Source of the DNA: Andalucia godoyi And28
Taxonomy: Eukaryota > Protista > Jakobida
NCBI GenBank assembly: GCA_009859145.1
Contig: VRVR01000066.1
Location: forward strand, 1,419-65,418
Direction of reading: 5' to 3'
Length of the DNA: 64,000 nucleotides
The notes beneath the pieces are model-generated. The model made no database searches. It had not been told where the DNA came from and worked only from the letters and a program-made list of their open reading frames with translations. The translations under genes and the position numbers were made by a program. The number at the start of each line of letters is the position of its first letter. Within the stretch, counting starts at the first letter, position 1. Positions 62,150-64,000 of this stretch are shown piece by piece.

Positions 62150-63092
62150 GGTATTTCCCGCCCATTTCCTCCTGTGGATTGGCGGAAAGGCTATGCACAA
62201 TCTCCTTTCGTCTCTTTCCGTTGCCTATTTGTCACTCAAAAGAAAAATTTCCCTAGTCCCATCCGAACTTGGAATCGAAAACGCGCAAGCTCAGGAAAAC
62301 AATGCAATTCCGGTTGCACGCAAAGCCCCAACACATGCGGCGAGAAATGCCTGACTCCTGAACAATGAGCGCAAATCGCTGGTACACTTGCTGGATAGCC
62401 TCGAAGAGCTTTTACTTTGGCGCGCCGTCGAAACGATCGGATCCCTTGAGTTCTCCGGCAATGCTCGCTCCAGAATACATGGGATGCCGCAGAGCAAGTC
62501 GACCAATGCAAAGCAGAAGGTCCACCCTTTGGTCTTGTCTGTAAAGGGCACTCCGCGAAAAATCCACCAGATGCATGTCGCCGTACTTGGAGAGGAACCG
62601 TGTGATGAACACCCGGATCTGTTCTTGCAAAAGCAGCACGGGGCACGAGTCCAAAGGAATCGTTCCCACCGTCTGGTTCCACAGTGCCTGGAAATCCTTC
62701 CAGAACAGGAGATCGGAAGAAATGGAGGGGAAAAGATCGTCAAACGAGACTTTCGTGGCGTACAAAGAGGTGGTGCCGCTTCGCGACGACGACCCTAAAG
62801 CCAGCAAATCCTGCGACAATTTGGAGATGAAAAGCTCGATTTTTGTTACAAACAATTCTTCTTGCGACGTTTTCGCTTGTTCTTGGGAATTGACTACCTG
62901 TTCTTCGGCAAAAGGTCTTCTTTGATGCTCTGCCTCTTTCTCCTGTCTTTCACGTTCCAACGCCGCTTCAGCAATTTCCTTCGCCTTCCGTTCTTGTTCA
63001 GCGACTGCTTCAGCAGCCTCCTTTGTCTGCTTCAACTGCTCGAATTGCTGCAGCAGCTCCTAAATCTTGTCATGTGGACCGCGCGAACTCAT
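62150..63092 (-). pseudogene. 5' remnant of a REase-kinase family gene with in-frame nonsense codons
   Basis: MSSRGPHDKI*ELLQQFEQL...RVDLLL...GELKG...APK*KLFEAIQQVYQRF...WGFACNR...FGWD* is collinear with the N-terminal half of 57889..59898. Confidence 0.9.
62254..62269 (+). repeat. 16-bp direct repeat, right copy
   Basis: TAGTCCCATCCGAACT, identical to 57833-57848. Confidence 0.9.
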
Positions 63093-63339
63093 GGGTCAAT
63101 ACGGAAATGAAAATAAAATAAAATGAAATAAAGAATGCGAATACGCAGAAAGAGAGAGAAAGAGGGGAGATGAAGATAATGATGAAAGAAAACGGAAACG
63201 GGGGAAAAACCAGGATCGAGTCGTCGAGTCCCAGGTCTCCCAGAACAACAATCCCACGCCTGGGTCTGGAGTGGGGTTTGGCACCGCCGCTGCTAGCCAA
63301 CAGCAGCAGCAGCAGCAAGACCAAGCAGACCAGTCGTCG

Positions 63340-64000
63340 ATGTCAGATGCGACCGAAACAGTGTCGGATGCGTCGTCTCGTGCAAGAAGACTGAAAGACT
63401 TGCGCGGTGCTGTCATGCGTCGGAGATCCTCTACCATTTGGAGAATGCGACTTGCATTGATCGCAACGCTTATTGTCTCTGTGGGCCTCATCATTGCGCT
63501 CTTTGCCGTGTCGCGGTCAGTGATTCACAGTCCGGTCACGCGGCGGTTCATTGACAGCGACACCACGGGGACGAGCGTGGGGTCATCCGAGGAGTCAGAA
63601 GCTGCGTCTCTGCCGCTCGAGGCAGCCACGCGACTTCGCCGACCGATTGCATCTCTCGCCCTCATCTACCGAACGATGACGTTCCCCTTCTTTCTGTCCT
63701 CCTTGGAGCTTGATTTTTACCGCAGCATCTTTCCCTCGTTGCTGTCGAGCTACCGCTCCAACGTCCAAATCATCCTCGTAGAGAAGCACCCTGTGTCCAT
63801 CGACTCGTACTGGACCGGGAAGTCGTCGACGTTCTCCGTGTTTTCTCCCGCACCGTTCCGTGCAAACACTTCCTCTTCAAACGTCATGCTCTCGGATTAT
63901 TATGTCTTGTCGCTGTCAACGATCCAGCAGGCAAGCATCGTCCGGAACTTTGATCCGATTCTGCAGGGAACGACGACCTGTTCCCAGTCGGTGACGCTCG
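63340..64000 (+). CDS. 3'-partial type II membrane protein (not in the ORF track)
   Basis: ATG at 63340 and the frame is open to the window end (open from 63127). One TM helix (MRLALIATLIVSVGLIIALFAV) after basic residues, then a Ser/Thr-rich luminal region. Confidence 0.7.
   Translation, partial: MSDATETVSDASSRARRLKDLRGAVMRRRSSTIWRMRLALIATLIVSVGLIIALFAVSRSVIHSPVTRRFIDSDTTGTSVGSSEESEAASLPLEAATRLRRPIASLALIYRTMTFPFFLSSLELDFYRSIFPSLLSSYRSNVQIILVEKHPVSIDSYWTGKSSTFSVFSPAPFRANTSSSNVMLSDYYVLSLSTIQQASIVRNFDPILQGTTTCSQSVTL

Noticed and set aside
55980-63092. Variant genetic code (TAA/TAG read as sense), suggested by in-frame stops in the lipase, the ATPase and the 62-63 kb remnant
   Set aside because: ORFs of 1100-2000 codons contain no in-frame TAA/TAG, and TOP2 and other genes end at TAA. 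The stops in the remnant align to different residues (Q, Y), as expected for nonsense mutations.

Overview
A compact, intron-poor eukaryotic (protist-like) genomic window. The eukaryotic call rests on a eukaryote-type TOP2, an LRR/multi-pass membrane receptor, two signal-peptide plus GPI-signal surface proteins, long T/C tracts before most ATGs and at least one GT-AG intron-like segment. I cannot name the organism. Outside TOP2 it looks like an accessory region rich in effector- or defence-type domains. It holds a head-to-head pair of a kinase-KEN (IRE1/RNase L-type) ribonuclease and a kinase with about 28-30 TPR repeats. It also holds a bacterial-type SF2 helicase, a catalytically altered hAT transposase fusion, a class 3 lipase, a HerA/FtsK-like ATPase and a Crinkler-like REase-kinase family (one intact gene, two remnants). 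Non-coding structure missing from the ORF track includes: a 19-bp motif in four ~130-bp paired units, one flipped inside a tandem duplication; two inverted-repeat units with the same 37-bp spacer length; a 23-bp palindromic repeat; and a 16-bp direct repeat bracketing a 4.4-kb two-gene cassette. I recognised no rRNA, tRNA or CRISPR array. All domain calls are by eye from motifs; no searches were run.
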